Source: an uncultured bacterium
GTDB taxonomy: Bacteria > Gemmatimonadota > Gemmatimonadetes > Gemmatimonadales > Gemmatimonadaceae
Assembly (NCBI GenBank): GCA_963978095.1
Contig: CAXBQP010000014.1
Location: 1-54,166 of the forward strand
Direction of reading: 5' to 3'
Length of the DNA: 54,166 nt
Shown here: piece by piece, positions 20,393-31,800 of the stretch
Numbering within the stretch: the stretch's first letter is position 1
How the letters are laid out: each line of letters begins with the position of its first letter
Program-made: the position numbers and the translations under genes
Notes under the pieces: generated by a model
What the model was told of the DNA's origin: nothing
Seen by the model: only the letters and a program-made list of their open reading frames with translations
The model's database searches: none

Positions 20393-20871
20393 CGGGCGAA
20401 CTTCTTCCGCAGCGCCGCCGCGGTATCCGCATGCACCAGGCCCGTGACGTCGCCGCCGAACTTGGCAATCTCGCGCACGAGACTCGAGCTGATGTACGTG
20501 GTATCCAGCGAAGGAACCATGAACACCGTTTCCAGTTCGGGGGCGAGATGGCGGTTCATGAGCGCCATCTGGTACTCGTACTCGAAGTCGCTCACGGCGC
20601 GGAGCCCGCGAATGATCATCCGGATGCCCGCGGCCTTGGCAAAATCCACCAGGAGCCCATCGAACTCGCGCACTTCGACGCGCGGGTCATGCTCGAGCGC
20701 GGCATGAATCATCGCCGTGCGCTCCGCGGTCGTGAACAGCGGCTGCTTGGCCACGTTCGTCGCGACCGCCACGACGATCTGATCCACGAAACTGAGGCTC
20801 CGTCGAATCAGGTCGGCGTGGCCGTTGGTGATCGGGTCGAAGCTTCCGGCGTACAACGCAAGTCTGGGCAT
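20389..20871 (-). CDS. coaD: Phosphopantetheine adenylyltransferase
   Basis: YAGSFDPITNGH, RGLRAVSDFEYE, ISSSLVRE. Confidence 0.98.
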   Translation of the reverse strand: MPRLALYAGSFDPITNGHADLIRRSLSFVDQIVVAVATNVAKQPLFTTAERTAMIHAALEHDPRVEVREFDGLLVDFAKAAGIRMIIRGLRAVSDFEYEYQMALMNRHLAPELETVFMVPSLDTTYISSSLVREIAKFGGDVTGLVHADTAAALRKKFAR

Positions 20872-20881
20872 CGGATGACCG

Positions 20882-21397
20882 TCAGGCTCGGTAGATGGTG
20901 ATTGCGGAAGCACCGTACGTCCGACGGTCCCCGCCCTCCGGAAGGGTGACGGACTTGGCGGTCTCGATCCCGAAGATCGCAGCGAAGGGCGCCGAGAGCC
21001 AGTGGTCGACGAGATGCCGGGCGATGTCCGTCTTGTACGGCGGATCCGCGAAGGCCAGATCGTATGCCAACGGGTCGAGCCCGGCAACGAACCGCTCGGC
21101 GTCCGCCCGATGGGTCGCGGAGCGTCCGCCGGCCCCGAGCCCGGCGATGTTCATCTGCAGCACGCGCAACGTCCGCACGTCCTGCTCGACGAAGTCCACG
21201 AATGCGGCCCCCCGCGACAGACTCTCGAGCCCGAGCGCGCCCGACCCCGCACACAGGTCCAGCACCCGCGCCTCAGGGATCTCCCTCTGGAGAATGCTCA
21301 TCCACGACTCGCGGACACGATCCGCGGTAGGGCGGACGTCCATCGTCGGCGGTGCCTCGAACCGCCGCCCGCGCCACTCGCCGGCGATGATCCGCAT
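20882..21397 (-). CDS. rsmD: 16S rRNA m2G966 methyltransferase
   Basis: MRIIAGEWRGR, RPTADRVRES, LDLCAGSGALGLESLSRGA, DPPY. Confidence 0.95.
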   Translation of the reverse strand: MRIIAGEWRGRRFEAPPTMDVRPTADRVRESWMSILQREIPEARVLDLCAGSGALGLESLSRGAAFVDFVEQDVRTLRVLQMNIAGLGAGGRSATHRADAERFVAGLDPLAYDLAFADPPYKTDIARHLVDHWLSAPFAAIFGIETAKSVTLPEGGDRRTYGASAITIYRA

Positions 21398-21398
21398 C

Positions 21399-23132
21399 TC
21401 AGCGCGCCTCCCGAAAATCGGAGAGCCCCAGCTGCAGTTTGCTCACCCCCCGGAACTCGTTCCGCTCCAGCTTGTAGGCGATATCCACAACACGGCCCGC
21501 CGCCAGCTCGCGAGCCCGATCGGCCATCCCCCACCCCACCGCTTCGATCGGTCCTGCAGGGCCGGCCATCTGCGCCTTGATCCCGTCGGTGCCGAGCTTC
21601 GTCGCGCCGACCGCCACTCGAACACCGCGCGCCACGAACATCGGTCCGGGATTACCCATCCCGAATGGCTCGAAGTGACGCAGGAGCTTCTCCAGGTCCG
21701 GTGTGGCCTCCTCGAGCGGCAACTCGAGATCCAGTTTGAGTTCGCGCACCAGATCATCCCTGACCAGACGCTCACGGGCCAGTGCATTGAAGCGCGCCGC
21801 GAACTCCGGGATTCGCGCGGCGTCAATGGTCAACCCGGCCGCGGCGCGATGGCCGCCGTGCTTGATCAGGAGGTCGTCGCACGCGACCAATGCCGCATGA
21901 AGATCGAAGGCGCCGATCGACCGCCCGGAGCCCTTCCCCACACCATCATGCACGGCAATCAGGAATGCGGGGCGCGACGTCTGTTCGACGATGCGCGAGG
22001 CCACGATGCCGATCACCCCCGGGTGCCACCCCTCCCCCGACACCGTGACCGCCCACGTCTCCTCGAGATCCATGGCATCCACGGCCCGCATCGCGGAATC
22101 CAGCAGCGCGCGATCCATGTCCTGACGCTCGCGATTGAGTTCCTCACACTGCCGCGCGAGACCGTTGGCCTCCGCATCCGTCTCCGCCAGCAGCAGGTCG
22201 ACGCCGCGCAACGCGCTGGCAAGTCGGCCAAGTGCATTGAGACGCGGCGCCAACGTGTACCCCACGCGGCCCGCGGTGATCGCCTTGCCCTCGAGCCCCG
22301 ACGACCGGATGAGCGCACGAAGCCCGGGGCTCCTCGATTCCGCCATCAGACCGAGGCCGCGACGGACCAGCACCCGATTCTCTCCGCGCAGCCGCGCGAC
22401 GTCCGCCACCGTCGCCAGCGCGACCAGATCGAGCATGTTCAGGACGACATTCTCGTTCCCGCCGCACGCCCGGGTGACTTGCAACGCCAACTTGAACGCG
22501 ACGCCGACCGCGGCAAGATCGCGCCCCACCTCGGCGTAGGGCTTGTCGGTGCGCTGTGGATTCAGCACCGCGACCGCGGGGGGCAACGGCCCCCCGGGCA
22601 GGTGATGATCGCTGATGATCAGGTCGATCCCCGCCGCCTGAAGGCGCCGCGCCGCAGCCATCGCACTCGTCCCGCAATCACAGGTCAGCACCAGCGAAGC
22701 ACCCGCGGCGATCGCGGCATTGACGCCGGCGTCCGTCAGATCGTAGCCGTCACTCCGTCGATCCGGAATGAAGGGGACGACCGTTCCCCCGAGCACGCGT
22801 AGCGCACGGGTCATCAGGGCAGTCGAGCACATGCCGTCCACGTCGTAATCGCCGTGGACCACAATCGTCTCCCGCCGCGCGATCGCTCGCGCGAGCCGGG
22901 CTGCGGCCACGTCCATGTCCGGCAACGCGAGCGGGTCGAGCAACTGTTCGAGTTGCGGCCGCAGGAACTGTTTGGCCGCCGCCGGATCGCCATGCCCGCG
23001 CGCCGCCAACAATGCCGCGAGTGGGCGCGGCAACCCGAGCGCTCCGGCCAATGCCTGCGCCTGGATCTCCTGGACCGGCGGGGGCTCCAACCAGCGGGTC
23101 GGCGCACGTCGCCGTGACGCGGCACTGGCCAC
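21399..23132 (-). CDS. recJ: Single-stranded DNA exonuclease RecJ
   Basis: HGDYDVDG, TCDCG, SDHH, ATVADV, PRLNALGR, GKGSGRS, GGHRAAAG, EPFGMGNP. Confidence 0.97.
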   Translation of the reverse strand: MASAASRRRAPTRWLEPPPVQEIQAQALAGALGLPRPLAALLAARGHGDPAAAKQFLRPQLEQLLDPLALPDMDVAAARLARAIARRETIVVHGDYDVDGMCSTALMTRALRVLGGTVVPFIPDRRSDGYDLTDAGVNAAIAAGASLVLTCDCGTSAMAAARRLQAAGIDLIISDHHLPGGPLPPAVAVLNPQRTDKPYAEVGRDLAAVGVAFKLALQVTRACGGNENVVLNMLDLVALATVADVARLRGENRVLVRRGLGLMAESRSPGLRALIRSSGLEGKAITAGRVGYTLAPRLNALGRLASALRGVDLLLAETDAEANGLARQCEELNRERQDMDRALLDSAMRAVDAMDLEETWAVTVSGEGWHPGVIGIVASRIVEQTSRPAFLIAVHDGVGKGSGRSIGAFDLHAALVACDDLLIKHGGHRAAAGLTIDAARIPEFAARFNALARERLVRDDLVRELKLDLELPLEEATPDLEKLLRHFEPFGMGNPGPMFVARGVRVAVGATKLGTDGIKAQMAGPAGPIEAVGWGMADRARELAAGRVVDIAYKLERNEFRGVSKLQLGLSDFREAR

Positions 23133-23178
23133 GTTCAGCAGAGCCCGGAGAAACCGTCAGGCGCGATCATCGGAGTCG

Positions 23179-23883
23179 TCAGGAGGGGAAGTACATCAAC
23201 ACTCCGCACCCCTCACAAACTTCGATCGCACCACTCGTGCTCATGACGTGGCGACGCTGCATCGGGATTGCGGTATCGCAGGCCCCGCACGAGAACCCGT
23301 TCATCGCAAACACGGCCTCCGGTTGACGGCGGACGCGAATGCGGTCGTACTTGGAGCGCAGTCCCGACGAGACGTTGTCGGCCAGTCGCGTGCGCTCGTC
23401 GCGCGCGACAGCGAGTGCACCATCGATTTCGGCCCGTTCGGCCGACACCTCAGCGCGCACGGTGTCCTGGGCCGCCGCGAGCGTCGAGAGCTCGCCCTGT
23501 TGCCCGGTGAGGACGGCGCTCAACTCCTCGAGCTTACGGTTGATCAGCACGAGGTCGCCCTCTTCCGCCACCACGATTGCCTTCGCCTGCTCCATCTGCG
23601 CCATGGCGGCGGTCGCCATCTTCATGTTCGTGACGGCATCCATCTGCGCCGCATTGCGCGCGATCAGCGCCTTGTGCTCCGCGATCTTGTCCCTGACCCA
23701 CGCTTGTTTCTTCTCCTCATCGCCGATCGCACGCTCGGAACGCGCGATCGCGTCCGCAACGCGCGCCCGACGCTGATCGAGTTCGCGGATGCGCGGTTCG
23801 AGCGCGGCAAGCCGAGTCTCGAGTCCATGCATCACCACATCGGCAGCCTGCAGGGCCAGCAGCGCTTCGAGTTCGTTGTGCAC
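23179..23883 (-). CDS. Coiled-coil protein with C4-type zinc ribbon (DUF164-like)
   Basis: LLALQAAD coiled coil, C-terminal CGAC...CEGCGVLMY; GTG start after AGGAGG. Confidence 0.88.
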   Translation of the reverse strand: MHNELEALLALQAADVVMHGLETRLAALEPRIRELDQRRARVADAIARSERAIGDEEKKQAWVRDKIAEHKALIARNAAQMDAVTNMKMATAAMAQMEQAKAIVVAEEGDLVLINRKLEELSAVLTGQQGELSTLAAAQDTVRAEVSAERAEIDGALAVARDERTRLADNVSSGLRSKYDRIRVRRQPEAVFAMNGFSCGACDTAIPMQRRHVMSTSGAIEVCEGCGVLMYFPS

Positions 23884-23923
23884 AACGCCTCCTGAGAGAT
23901 GCTTCAAAATAGTCGGGGGACCA

Positions 23924-25813
23924 TCACGCCGGGCCACGACGCCCGAGTTTCCATCCCGCGCGCGGATCCACGCGGACGAGCTCGGCGACGAGCGCGCGTT
24001 TCTGCATGTTCAACGCGCTCTTCTCCGCCTCGGATGCCAATGGCGTCATGCGCTCGATGTCGGCAATGCGCTCGGTCAACAACCGGGCTGACAGGACGGC
24101 GATCGCGGCCTCGACCGTCACCGCCTGATCGCCCACCTCCCCTGCCTCGGCGAGCAGTTCCTCGACGACCGCGATGCCTTGCGCGTCCAAGACCTCGGCG
24201 AGTCCCTCCACATCGAGCACGCCGTCCTGCATCAGCACGGCATCGAAGATGGCCCGATACACCGGATCACGAAGGGCACCGTGTCCCGACCCGGAGACCT
24301 CATCGATGTCCGGATGCTGTCCCCCCTCCTCCTCCAAGCGGGAGAGCCGCTCGTGCACCGCGTCAGCGGCGTCAGGGGCCGCCAGCACGAGCCGCACCAG
24401 CGAACGCTCCGCACCGCTCTCGGGCGTGCTCCCACGATACGGGCCGTTCGGTCGCGGGACCGGGACCGTCGCGCGTGCGATCTCCCGTGGCGTGGCCATC
24501 GGCGTGGACACCCGGTTGCGACGTGCCTCCGCGGCCGTCGCCGCGTGCATTTCCTGCAGCAACACCGACCGCTCGACCCCCGCGGCCTCGCTCAGGCGCG
24601 CGACGTACAGGTCGCGCGTGAGCGCATCGGTCGTTGCGCGGATCGTGGGCAACAGCGCGTCGAGCGCACGCCGCTTGCGCTGCAGGTCGGCAAACCATCC
24701 GCTCCGCTCCAGCAGCTGGACTTTCCGGTCGAACACGTCCATCGCCGCGCTGAGCAGCTTCTCCATCGCCGCGCCGCCATGCTTCTGCACGAACGTGTCG
24801 GGATCCTCACCCTCCGGCAAAGTGGCGACCCGGACGGACATCCCGCGCTTGAGAAGGAGTTCCGCCGCCCGGAAGCTCGCCTTTTGACCGGGGCCATCGG
24901 CATCGTAGAGGAGAAAGGCATGTTTGGTCAGCCGCTGCAACGCATCCGCTTGCTCCTCCGTGAGCGCGGTGCCCATCGGGGCCACCACGCACTCGATCCC
25001 GCCTTCGACCATCCGGACCACGTCGAAGTACCCCTCCACGAGCACCACGCGCTCTTCGCGCCGGATCGCACCCCGGGCCTGGTGCATGTTGTACAGGAGC
25101 TTTCCCTTCGAGAACGTCTCTGACTCCGCACTGTTCAGATACTTCGGTTCGCCGGGACCGATCAGGCGACCGCCGAACCCGACGGTGTGCCCCGACGCGT
25201 CCGCGATCGGAAAAATCAACCGGTCACGGAACCGAGGGCGCGGCTCGACCTGCTCCTCCCGTTGCACCAAGAGCCCGACGCTCAGGAGCCGGGCATCGTC
25301 GAAACCGAGCCCGTTGAGATAGCTCCGCATCAACCCGAGTTCACGGGGCGCGAACCCGATGCCGAATCGATCAGCGGTCTCCTTCTTGAGTCCACGCTGG
25401 GCGAGGTAACTGCGGGCATTCGCCCCGAGGTCGTTGTCCCACAGGACGTCGCGGAACCACGCGCCCGCGGTGCCGTTGAGTTCCCAGACGGGTTCTCGCG
25501 GATCGGGCCCTTCGCGCGAACGCTGCACCTCCTTGACCTCGATACCGGTCTTCCCGCCGACGAACTTCACCGCCTCGACGAAATTCAATCCGAGCCGCTT
25601 CTGGACGAAGGTGAAGACGCTCCCCTTCGCGCCGCACACGAAGCAGGTATAGCCCTTGCCCGGCACCACCGAGAAGTTGTTGTTCGTCCCTTGGTGGAAC
25701 GGACACGGACCGCGATAGACCGAGCCCATCTTCTTGAGTCGGACATGCTCGCCGATGATCGCGACGATGTCCGCCGCGTGCAGGATCTGCTCGACCTGTT
25801 CGTCGGGGATCAC
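23924..25813 (-). CDS. dnaG: DNA primase
   Basis: CPFH..CFVC zinc finger, RFRDRLIFPI, PKYLNS, VEGYFD, YDADGPG (TOPRIM), DPD. Confidence 0.97.
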   Translation of the reverse strand: MIPDEQVEQILHAADIVAIIGEHVRLKKMGSVYRGPCPFHQGTNNNFSVVPGKGYTCFVCGAKGSVFTFVQKRLGLNFVEAVKFVGGKTGIEVKEVQRSREGPDPREPVWELNGTAGAWFRDVLWDNDLGANARSYLAQRGLKKETADRFGIGFAPRELGLMRSYLNGLGFDDARLLSVGLLVQREEQVEPRPRFRDRLIFPIADASGHTVGFGGRLIGPGEPKYLNSAESETFSKGKLLYNMHQARGAIRREERVVLVEGYFDVVRMVEGGIECVVAPMGTALTEEQADALQRLTKHAFLLYDADGPGQKASFRAAELLLKRGMSVRVATLPEGEDPDTFVQKHGGAAMEKLLSAAMDVFDRKVQLLERSGWFADLQRKRRALDALLPTIRATTDALTRDLYVARLSEAAGVERSVLLQEMHAATAAEARRNRVSTPMATPREIARATVPVPRPNGPYRGSTPESGAERSLVRLVLAAPDAADAVHERLSRLEEEGGQHPDIDEVSGSGHGALRDPVYRAIFDAVLMQDGVLDVEGLAEVLDAQGIAVVEELLAEAGEVGDQAVTVEAAIAVLSARLLTERIADIERMTPLASEAEKSALNMQKRALVAELVRVDPRAGWKLGRRGPA

Positions 25814-28221
25814 GCGAGTTCCACGATGGTGACACCAGCGCCCCCTTCATTCCACGCACCCATCCGCGACGTCTTGACCCGGGGATCGGTCTTCAGAAGC
25901 ATCGTGACCCGCTCCCGGAGCGCCCCAGTCCCCTTGCCGTGGATCAACCGGATCGCGCGGAGGTCCGCACGCACCGCATCATCCACCGCGAGCAGCACGG
26001 CATCATCCACTTCCATGACCCGCATGCCGCGCAGATCCACCTCGGTGCGAACGACGATGTCCGGCTGATCGCCGATCAGGGGGGTCGCCTTCTCCACGGG
26101 CTCACGCTTCCGACGCGACACCACGCGCAGGCTGGCCACCGGCACCGAAATCTTCATCGCACCCACCAAGACGGTGGCGTCGCCCTGACGCACACTGATC
26201 ACTTCGCCGGCCTTGCCTCCAAGTGTGGACACGTTCACCGTCGCGCCGACGACGACCTCACCACCCGCGGAAGTCGTCTCACGTTCGTCGGCCGCCCCAC
26301 CATCGAGCGCCGCGATGGCCGCCGCCTGCGCGGCGGCCTCGCGTTCCACGGCCCGCCGGATCTCCAGCGCGGCGGCATCCAGCGCCTGCGTCCCGGCGTC
26401 CCGACCGGCTTCGCGAAGTTGCGTGATCAACCGTTCGATCTCCTGACGCGCATCGAGGACCAACCGACGTGCGTCCTGGCGCGCCGAGCGCTCGAGCTCT
26501 CGCTCCCGCTCCTTGACGGACCGCTCGCGCAGCGTCACGGAATCCGCACGCGCCGAGAGCGCCTCCGCACGGCTCGCGACCTCACGCTCGCGTTCGGCGA
26601 GGGCGTCATGGCGCAGTTCGAGATCCTCGAGCAACGCGGCGACGTCGCGCTCCCCGGTCGGCACCCGTTGCTCAGCGCGCGCGAGCACGGCTTCAGGCAG
26701 CGCGAGTCGGCGCGCGATGCTGATGCCGTACGAGCGGCCGGGGATCCCCTTCACCAGCCGATACGTCGGCGCGAGCCGCACCGCGTCGAACTGCAACGAT
26801 GCGTTGACCACGCCGGGCACCTCCTGCGCCAATTCCTTGAGCGCGCCCAAGTGCGTCGTCGCGACCGTGAAGGTCCCGCGCCGCGTCAGTTCCTCGAGGA
26901 TCGCACCACCGAGCGCCGCCCCCTCCACCGGATCGGTCCCCGAGCCGAGTTCGTCGATCAGCACCAGCGACGCCGCCGTCGCCTCCCGCAGGATCTCCCC
27001 GAGATTCCGGAGATGCGCACTGAACGTGGAGAGCGACGCCGCGATCGACTGCTCGTCCCCGATATCGCCGAAGAATCGATCGAAGATCGGCACGGTGCTC
27101 TCCGGACCCACGGGAGCAGGGATGCCCGATTGTACCAGCAGCGACAAGAGCGCCATCGCCTTCAGCAGGACCGTCTTGCCGCCGGTATTGGGACCCGACA
27201 CCAGCAAAGTCCGCTCCCCCGCGTCCATCGCGAGGTCGAACGGTACCACGGAGGCGGCGTCCTTCGCCAACAGCAGGGGATGACGTCCGGCGACAACGGA
27301 GAACCCATCGCCCACGCCCGCCAGTCGGGGGCGCATGCCACCGTGACTGCGCGCATACCGCGCACGCGCCGCCAAGGCGTCGAGTTCGGTCAACGCATCG
27401 AGCGCCCCCAGCAATGCCTCCCGCTCGGGGCGTAGCGTCTCCGTCACCTCGAGCAGCACCCGATGCACTTCGCGCGACTCCTCGGCCTCCAACTCGCGGA
27501 TCCGGTTCCCCGCCTCCACCGCTGCCGGCGGCTCCACGAACACCGTGGCCCCGCTGGCCGAGGTATCGTGCACGATGCCCCCCACCGCCCCCCGCCCTTC
27601 ACGGCGCACGGGAATCACGTAGCGCCCGTTGCGGAGCGAGACCGAGGCGTCATCGACGCGATGATGCGACTCGAGCTTGGACATCAACCGTTCCAGCATA
27701 CGCACCAAGTCACCCTCCGCACCGCGGAGATCACGCCGCACCTTGCGGAGGGCCGGCGATGCCTCGTCGCGAACGACGCCCTCTTCGTTCACCACGCGGT
27801 CCAGATCGCGCTCGAGCTGCGGCGCACGCAACAGGGCCCCGACGAGACCCGCGAGCGGGGCCACGAGATGCGCCTCACGCTCCGACCGCTGCAGCGCGTC
27901 ACGGGAGCGACGGGATGCGACCAGCAGCGTATGCGCGAGCCGGAGCTCCGGGCCGGTCCACGCTGTACCCGGCACGCGGAGGCGCGCGAGCGGCGCGTCG
28001 AGCTCGGGAACCGCCTCCGGAGCGAAACCGCCGTCCTCGTCCATGAGCCGGCGAATGGCGTCCACCTGATCCAGCGCGTGATTGATCGCGGCATGACTCG
28101 TGTGCGGCGTCAGCGAGCGCACACGACGAGCACCAGCCGGACTCCCGGCGTGTCCGGCGACCATGTCGAGCGCCGCCCCGAACTCCAGAACGGTGAGCGC
28201 GTGGTCGCTGCCCATGCTCAC
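25810..28221 (-). CDS. mutS2: Endonuclease MutS2
   Basis: HDTSASGATVFVEP, GPNTGGKT, DIGDEQSIAASLSTFS, DELGSGTDP, C-terminal Smr domain (DLRG..IHGKGTGALR..GGAGVT). Confidence 0.96.
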   Translation of the reverse strand: MSMGSDHALTVLEFGAALDMVAGHAGSPAGARRVRSLTPHTSHAAINHALDQVDAIRRLMDEDGGFAPEAVPELDAPLARLRVPGTAWTGPELRLAHTLLVASRRSRDALQRSEREAHLVAPLAGLVGALLRAPQLERDLDRVVNEEGVVRDEASPALRKVRRDLRGAEGDLVRMLERLMSKLESHHRVDDASVSLRNGRYVIPVRREGRGAVGGIVHDTSASGATVFVEPPAAVEAGNRIRELEAEESREVHRVLLEVTETLRPEREALLGALDALTELDALAARARYARSHGGMRPRLAGVGDGFSVVAGRHPLLLAKDAASVVPFDLAMDAGERTLLVSGPNTGGKTVLLKAMALLSLLVQSGIPAPVGPESTVPIFDRFFGDIGDEQSIAASLSTFSAHLRNLGEILREATAASLVLIDELGSGTDPVEGAALGGAILEELTRRGTFTVATTHLGALKELAQEVPGVVNASLQFDAVRLAPTYRLVKGIPGRSYGISIARRLALPEAVLARAEQRVPTGERDVAALLEDLELRHDALAEREREVASRAEALSARADSVTLRERSVKERERELERSARQDARRLVLDARQEIERLITQLREAGRDAGTQALDAAALEIRRAVEREAAAQAAAIAALDGGAADERETTSAGGEVVVGATVNVSTLGGKAGEVISVRQGDATVLVGAMKISVPVASLRVVSRRKREPVEKATPLIGDQPDIVVRTEVDLRGMRVMEVDDAVLLAVDDAVRADLRAIRLIHGKGTGALRERVTMLLKTDPRVKTSRMGAWNEGGAGVTIVELA

Positions 28222-28661
28222 GCGGTCGGGCCCAGCTCCTCGCGGGCGACGCGGTTGATCACGCCACCGTCGATCCGGCCCTTGAACTGGGGCATCACCT
28301 TCCCCATGAGGGCTCCGACATTCGTCGTCCCCGCCGCGATCGCCGCTCGCACGGCCGCGCGCACCTCCTCCTCGCTCGCCTCCGGCGGCAGGAATCGGCT
28401 GAGCATCGCCGCCTCGTCGCGTTCCTGCAATGCAAGCTCAGCGCGCCCTCCCTTCTCGTAGGCCTCCTGCGACTCGCGCCGACGCTTGATGCCCTTGCGA
28501 AGGACGTCGACGACATCGGCCTCGGTCAGGTCCCGCTTCGCCGCGATATGCGCGTTCTCGATGTCCGCGAGGATCGTGCCGAGCAGGAGCACGGCAGCCT
28601 TCTGCTGGGACTTCCGGGCGAGCGTGAGTTCGGCGCGAAGCTGGTCGTGGAGCGGAGCCAT
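28218..28661 (-). CDS. GatB/YqeY domain protein
   Basis: IKRRRESQEAYEKGGRAELA..E..FLP..MGKVMPQFKGRIDG. Confidence 0.93.
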   Translation of the reverse strand: MAPLHDQLRAELTLARKSQQKAAVLLLGTILADIENAHIAAKRDLTEADVVDVLRKGIKRRRESQEAYEKGGRAELALQERDEAAMLSRFLPPEASEEEVRAAVRAAIAAGTTNVGALMGKVMPQFKGRIDGGVINRVAREELGPTA

Positions 28662-28866
28662 TCGGGTCACCGGCTGGGAGGACGGGAGCCGACAAAGTTA
28701 CGGCCTCGGCGGCTTTTCGGGCAAGTTTCGGTGCCCGAGCGGCAACCCTGAATAGGCATGCAAAACGCACTCGCGTCAGGACATCGGGCGACCCCGCTCG
28801 CCGCGGACCGACGCCGAACGGGTGGGAGCGGCCTCGTCGACGGGGTACATTACACGCACCATACCG

Positions 28867-31800
28867 ATGACCCAGCACCCGAACCGATCCGTCTTCCTCG
28901 ACCCCAGCGGCAAGCGCTGGCGGAAGATTCAGCGCGTGTCGCTCGCCTTTGGCGTGCTGTCCACGCTCTTCGGGCTTGGCATCGTCATCAACTTCCTGAT
29001 CCCCCCCATTCTCCCAAAGCTGCAAGACGCTCGCGCCCAGGTGCGGGGAGCGGCACCGCCCGCCCAGCTCAGAATCACCCGGCGCGAACGTGAGAAGACC
29101 GCGGCGCAGCGACGCCTCGAGGCGGCCCTGAGCCGGTATGTGCACCCGCCGTCCATACTACCCAGCCAGTTGCCCGTTACGGTGAACCGCGCCGTCGAGG
29201 CCTCCCCGAGCAAACGCGCGGTCAGCATGAACAGCGACCGGCCGGGGATTGTGGCTGGGTTCTTCGTCAACTGGGACGACAACTCCCGCACCTCGCTCAA
29301 CGCCCACGTCCGCGATCTCGACTGGATCGTGGGCGAATGGTTCTTCATCAGTGCCAGCGGCGCGCGCTTCGACGACCGCACCGATGCCCGGGCGCTGTAC
29401 ACGGTCGGACAACTCCCCCCGAAGGACCGTCCGAAGCTCATGGCCATGGTCAGCAACTTCGATCGGGGCACTCAAAAATTCCATGCCGAGGCGCTCAGGA
29501 AACTGCTCGCTACGCCACAAACGCGGGCCGCGGCTGCCTTGCAGCTCGTCAACGCCTGCATCAAATACGGATTCGCCGGTGTCACGCTGGATTTCGAGGA
29601 AGTCCCCGACGACATGATACCCTCCGTCGTCGCCTTTTCGCGCATCCTGCGCGCGGCACTCGCCCCGGGGGGACGGGTGCTCTCGACGGCGTTGCCGGTC
29701 AGCACCGATGAGGAGACCGCGCGCCAATTCGCCGCCACCAATGACTTCCTCTTTCTCATGCTCTATGACGAGCATTACGGACGCGGCGATCCGGGACCGG
29801 TCGCAAGTCAGCGTTGGTTCGAGGAGCGGCTGGACCAGTTCCTCAAATGGATTCCCCCAGGGAAGGTGATCGTGACCCTCGGGGCCTACGGCTACGAGTG
29901 GAATGATGCCGACAACAAGGTGAACGGGTCGACCGTCACGTTCCAAGACGTGATGCGATTGTCGAAGGAGCACAACGCCACCGTGCGTTTCGATTCGACG
30001 ATGCTCAACCCGTTCGTCTCCTGGTCCGACAGCGAGGGGACGGACCATGTCTCCTGGTTCCTCGACGGCGTCACGGCGTGGAACCAGTCCAAAGCGTCGG
30101 TGCAGCGCAAGACCGCCGGCGCTGCGGTGTGGCGACTCGGGTCGGAGGACCCTTCGATTTGGGCGGCGATTTCGAACGACATTCCCCGTTCAGCCCCGGC
30201 AATGCTGGCGGAGATCCCCGCGGGATACGATCCGGAAATTCTGGGTGACGGAGAACTGCTGCGGCTCGCGAGTCGCCCGGTCACGGGACGGCGCACGATC
30301 GCCGCGTCCCCGCGCAGCGGGCTCATCGAGCACGAAAGCGTGATCGCCTTTCCCGCACCGTGGCGGGTACAGCGCTTCGGTGGGGAGGACACCACGAAAG
30401 TCGCCATCACCTTCGACGACGGCCCGGACCCGCGATACACGGCCGCGATTCTCGACACGCTCCGCTCACGCCATGCAAAAGCCACGTTCTTCGTCGTCGG
30501 CCGGCAAGTGGATCAGTACCCCGCGCTGCTGCGGCGCATTCTTCGCGAGGGGCACGAGATCGGCAGCCACACCTACACGCATCCGAATCTCGCCCTCACC
30601 AATCCGTTCCTGGCGAAACTCGAACTGGTCGCCTCGGGACGACTGATCGAAAGCATCCTCAATCGACGCACCGCCCTGTTCCGGCCGCCCTATTTCGGCG
30701 ACGCGGAGCCGACGACCACCGACGAACTCGTTCCCGTTGGCATCGCCACCGACCTGGGCTACCTCACGGTCGGTGTGCACATCGACAGCGAAGACTGGCG
30801 ACTGAACGAGCCGCAGGCGATCTACGACACCACCATGCTGCGGCTCGACAAGGGCAACATCCTGCTGATGCACGACTCCGGCGGCGACCGCAAGGCGACG
30901 GTCGAGGTCCTCGGCACGCTCATCGACTCCATGCGGGCGCACGGACGTGAGCCGGTGCTGGTCTCCGAGCTCGCCGGCATCACGCGCGACGAGGCGATGC
31001 CTCCGCTCAGCACGCACACGACGCTCGAGCGCGTGGTCGAGGTGGTGGCATTCACCGTCGTCGGACTGATGGACTGGGGGATCTACTGGGTCTTTCTCGT
31101 CGCCGTCATCCTCGGCGTGATTCGCCTGGCGTTCATCCTCTCGCTCGCGATCACGCAACGACGCAATGCCGCGGCACAGCAGCGGCGTACGGATGCGGCG
31201 CCCCGATTCGCGCCGCCCGTCACGATCATCGTCCCGGCATTCAACGAAGGTATGGTGATCGCCCGCACGGTGCAGAGCCTGCTCGACCAGAACTATGACG
31301 GCGACCTGCGCGTCATCGTCGTCGACGACGGTTCGCCGGACGACACGTACGCCATCGCCCGCGACACGTTCGCGGACGAACCACGGGTCGAGGTGTACAC
31401 GAAACCGAATGCAGGCAAGGCGTCGGCATTGAACGTCGGTATCGATCACGCCGAAACCGAGATCATCGTCTGCCTCGACGCCGATACCCTGTTCGAGCCG
31501 GTCACGGTACGTGAGCTCGTCCAACCGCTGGCCGACGAGCACGTCGGGGCAGTCGCGGGCAACGCCAAAGTCGGCAACCGCATCAACCTCGTCACGCGGT
31601 GGCAGGCACTCGAGTACGTCACCTCCCAGAACCTCGATCGCCGCGCCTTCTCCATGCTCAACTGCATCACCGTGATTCCGGGGGCCGTTGGCGCGTGGCG
31701 CCGGTCCGCGGTGCTCGCCGCTGGTGGATTCACCAGTGATACCCTCGCCGAGGACCAGGACCTGACCATCCGGATCCGCCGGCTGGGCCTCACGATCGCC

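Noticed and set aside
28662..28866. rpsU expected upstream of yqeY
   Set aside because: No S21-like reading frame found; the region looks like a divergent promoter interval.
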